From Octopus bimaculoides (lineage: Eukaryota): 52,544 nt of DNA. The notes below the pieces were generated by a model, which was not told the DNA's origin, did not search any database, and saw only the letters and a program-made list of their open reading frames with translations. The position numbers and the translations under genes are program-made. The stretch covers positions 34,587,611 through 34,640,154 of the forward strand of contig NC_068987.1 of the NCBI RefSeq assembly GCF_001194135.2, read 5' to 3'. Position 1 is the stretch's first letter. The number at the start of each line of letters is the position of its first letter. Shown here in pieces: positions 50,001-52,544 of the stretch.

Positions 50001-50261
50001 AGAATGTGGCAGTCCTATACAAGGAGTATATGACTGTTCTTTAGCCCCAGGGAAAATCTTTTCCAGCTGGCTATCGACACAGTTTGTCCGTATAGTATAA
50101 GCAAGGGAGGTCATCACTCCCGTCACGAGGTCTAGAGAAGGGGAGCGATGACCTATCTTGCTTATACTGTACGGACACAAACTGTGTGGCGATAGCAAGG
50201 TAAAAAAGACTGTTCCTGGGGCTAGACAACAGTAACATCGTTCTTGTATGAGTCACATTCT
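50001..50261. repeat. Foldback palindrome / palindromic MITE, about 120-bp arms with an 18-nt loop
   Basis: 50001-50121 aligns with the reverse complement of 50140-50261 (e.g. TAGCCCCAGG, ACACAGTTTGT, GTATAAGCAAG, AGGTCATC-CTCCC). Confidence 0.92.
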
Positions 50262-50295
50262 GCTGGCTATTCTGTACTGTTACTCCATAGCGGTT

Positions 50296-50332
<37 letters not shown>

Positions 50333-50399
50333 ATCTATNNNNNNNNNNATTACTAATCATTGCTTTGAATGCACACCGAATTCTGAATGGTGTCAAGTC

Positions 50400-52544
50400 T
50401 TTTAGTCCTTTAGTTAAAAGGTTATGTGTAAGGGAGGTAAGTAGTTCTGGATTTGGTGCAATTAGGGTAGATCTAGATCGCTAAAGTGAATGGTGTATGG
50501 CATGTATGGTGGTTAGTGGTATTAAACGTAAGGTTAGTAGTGTTTTGTAATATGTTATGTGTTCATATTTAGTTTTGAAAGATATTTTTGTATGAAAGTT
50601 GTTTCTTTATTCATTTTTCGTTGTAGTGTGGTGTTCTTTGCACATAGATAGAATGGAAAAATTAGGAAATTAGGCTTAAGATTCCTCGCACACATTTCTA
50701 TGTGTCCACTGACCTGTGTCTGTATTGTGGCTGGCGGATTTGTTTTTGTGGAGAGTGGTTTTTCTACAGAGTGATATTCCTGTTTAGCCAATATAGTTAT
50801 TACTGCACCCTAAGCATTTAATGGCATAGATTAGATTTTCCGAGGCACAGGTGAAATTTGATTTATTCTTAATTATTTCACCTTGTTTAAAGTGGAACTC
50901 TGAACCCTCCAAAAGTTGGGGGCAAGTACCACAGTTAGGTCGACCACATTTTTTTTACATTTTGTTCTGTTGTTAATGGATACAGTCTTGCATTGGATAA
51001 TATTTTTTCAGTGATTTAGATTGCAATTTACTTTTGATAATTTTGTGTGAGTCTAAAATTTTGTTCATTGTTTTATCTCATGTGAGAAAAGGAATATTTT
51101 GGATGATAACGTTAAAGGCTTCGTTGTTTCTAGAGTTATGTGTGGTGATATATGGGAGTGTTCTTACGTCTGGTTTAGTAATTCGGTTGACTTCCCTTAA
51201 TGTTTGTATGTCTATTTCCTTAGCTCGTTTGATTCTATCATTTATTATAGATATTGGGAAATGTATTTTGATTAGTATTGATCTGAGTTCAAGGAGTCTT
51301 CGTTCACGAGTATAGGAGTCCGAAACTATGGTACAGATTGTTTTCGCTCGATTATAAGGTATATTAATTTTTATGTCTTTGGGGTGGCATGAGTTGAATA
51401 GTAGGTATTGTTTAGAATCTGTGGGTTTATAGAAGATGTCTGTTTCTATGTGGTTATTGACTATTTTATTTAGGATGTCAAAACAAGGGAGTTGTTTACT
51501 GCTGTGAATTGTATGTTGCTATTAATATTGTTAAGCATTATTTTGAAATCGAGGAATTTGTCCATGCTGTCTTTCCAAAGTATAAAGCAATCGTCCAAAT
51601 ACCTCTTCCAGTTCTCCTTTTAATAGCAATGAAAGGAGGTGCCATATTTTTGTAATGATGATTGATATATTTGAAGCTGCTCTAGGTAACCCATTACAAG
51701 CTTCGCAATCACTGGCGAAGCTCGGGTTCCCATTCCAATTCCACATTTGTTGTGTCGATAGTAAGCTGTATTGAATATGAAATAGTTGTTCAGTAGGATG
51801 CATTTGAGTGCTACGATTATGAATCTGTGGTTGATACGCCCAGGTATCTCTTGTGGGTATTTTTCTAGCCAGAATGTGATCGCTTCTAAACCATAATCGT
51901 GTGGGATTTTGGTGTAGAAATTCACCACATCGAATGATACTAACAGGGTTCCTTCACTTATTGTGTTCGGAAGGTGGTTTAGCATATCTAAGTAATCCCT
52001 GATGAAGCTTTTCACATATTACAGAAACGTTTTGAGTAAGGTGTCGAGGAAGTTGCTCAAACGGTGTGTTTCACAAGCAAGGCCAGCAATAATGGGTCTC
52101 AGTTTGAGGTCAGTAGTGGGAGGAACATTAATGCAGAGGCTTGGAATAACTTTGCAAGCTTTATAAATATGTAGATTTTTGTGTATTGTAGGTAATCCAT
52201 AGAATAGACTAGATCTATATTTAAAATCATATAGTCAATTTCATGTTTAGTGAGGCCCTTTCCATGTATTTGAAGTAAACAGGATAAATTTTTCAGAGTC
52301 TTCTGTGAGTTGTATTGTACTATCAATTCGTAGTAAATATTATTTTCCAACATGGAGAGTATTAACTTTTTGTAGTACTTTGTGTCCATCACCAGTACCA
52401 CTTCCTTTGCCGGCTTCTTTAATGGTCAGGTTTATATCATTTTTTAACTCGATTAGGTCTTTCCATTCATTTACATTAAGGTTGGATTTAATTCGTTGTT
52501 TTTGTAGGGTAATAAAAAGGAAAACTGGTAATGTGTTCACAAAA
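50400..52544 (-). mobile_element. Penelope-like element (RT plus Cys motif plus GIY-YIG), truncated by the window end
   Basis: IKEAGKGSG (KADKG), LRPIIAGLACET, LLVSFDVVNFYTKIP, GIGMGTRASP, RYLDD-like region near 51600, ETDIFYKPTDSKQYLLFNSCHPK, KCGRPNCGTCP and NLIYAIKCLGCSNNYIG. Multiple frameshifts and stops. Confidence 0.93.

Overview
AT-rich (gapped, many N runs) animal genomic DNA dominated by microsatellites and decayed transposable elements. The repeat types and the (TA)n/(CA)n-flanked gaps point to a cephalopod (Octopus-like) draft scaffold; this is an inference. No intact protein-coding gene, rRNA or CRISPR array is supportable, and all long ORFs in the supplied track are N-gap or microsatellite artefacts. 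Supported content: (1) a structurally complete but inactivated Ty3/Gypsy LTR retrotransposon (11577-15955, minus; both LTRs, PBS, PPT, AGTA target duplication); (2) two Penelope-like elements with RT and GIY-YIG remnants, one with a 5' inversion of twin-priming geometry (about 22205-24450) and one running off the window end; (3) a Chapaev3-type DNA transposase remnant; (4) four mariner copies and a 105-bp mariner MITE; (5) R4/Dong and RTE LINE 3' fragments; (6) several tRNA-derived SINE families, one carrying a Penelope-type minimal hammerhead ribozyme; (7) three long inverted-repeat structures, including a head-to-head pair of tRNA-like units. A few short candidate host exons are seen, best at 27865-27939, but none could be assigned to a gene. 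The most novel-looking items are the hammerhead-bearing SINE, the inverted tRNA-like pair and the 5'-inverted Penelope element.
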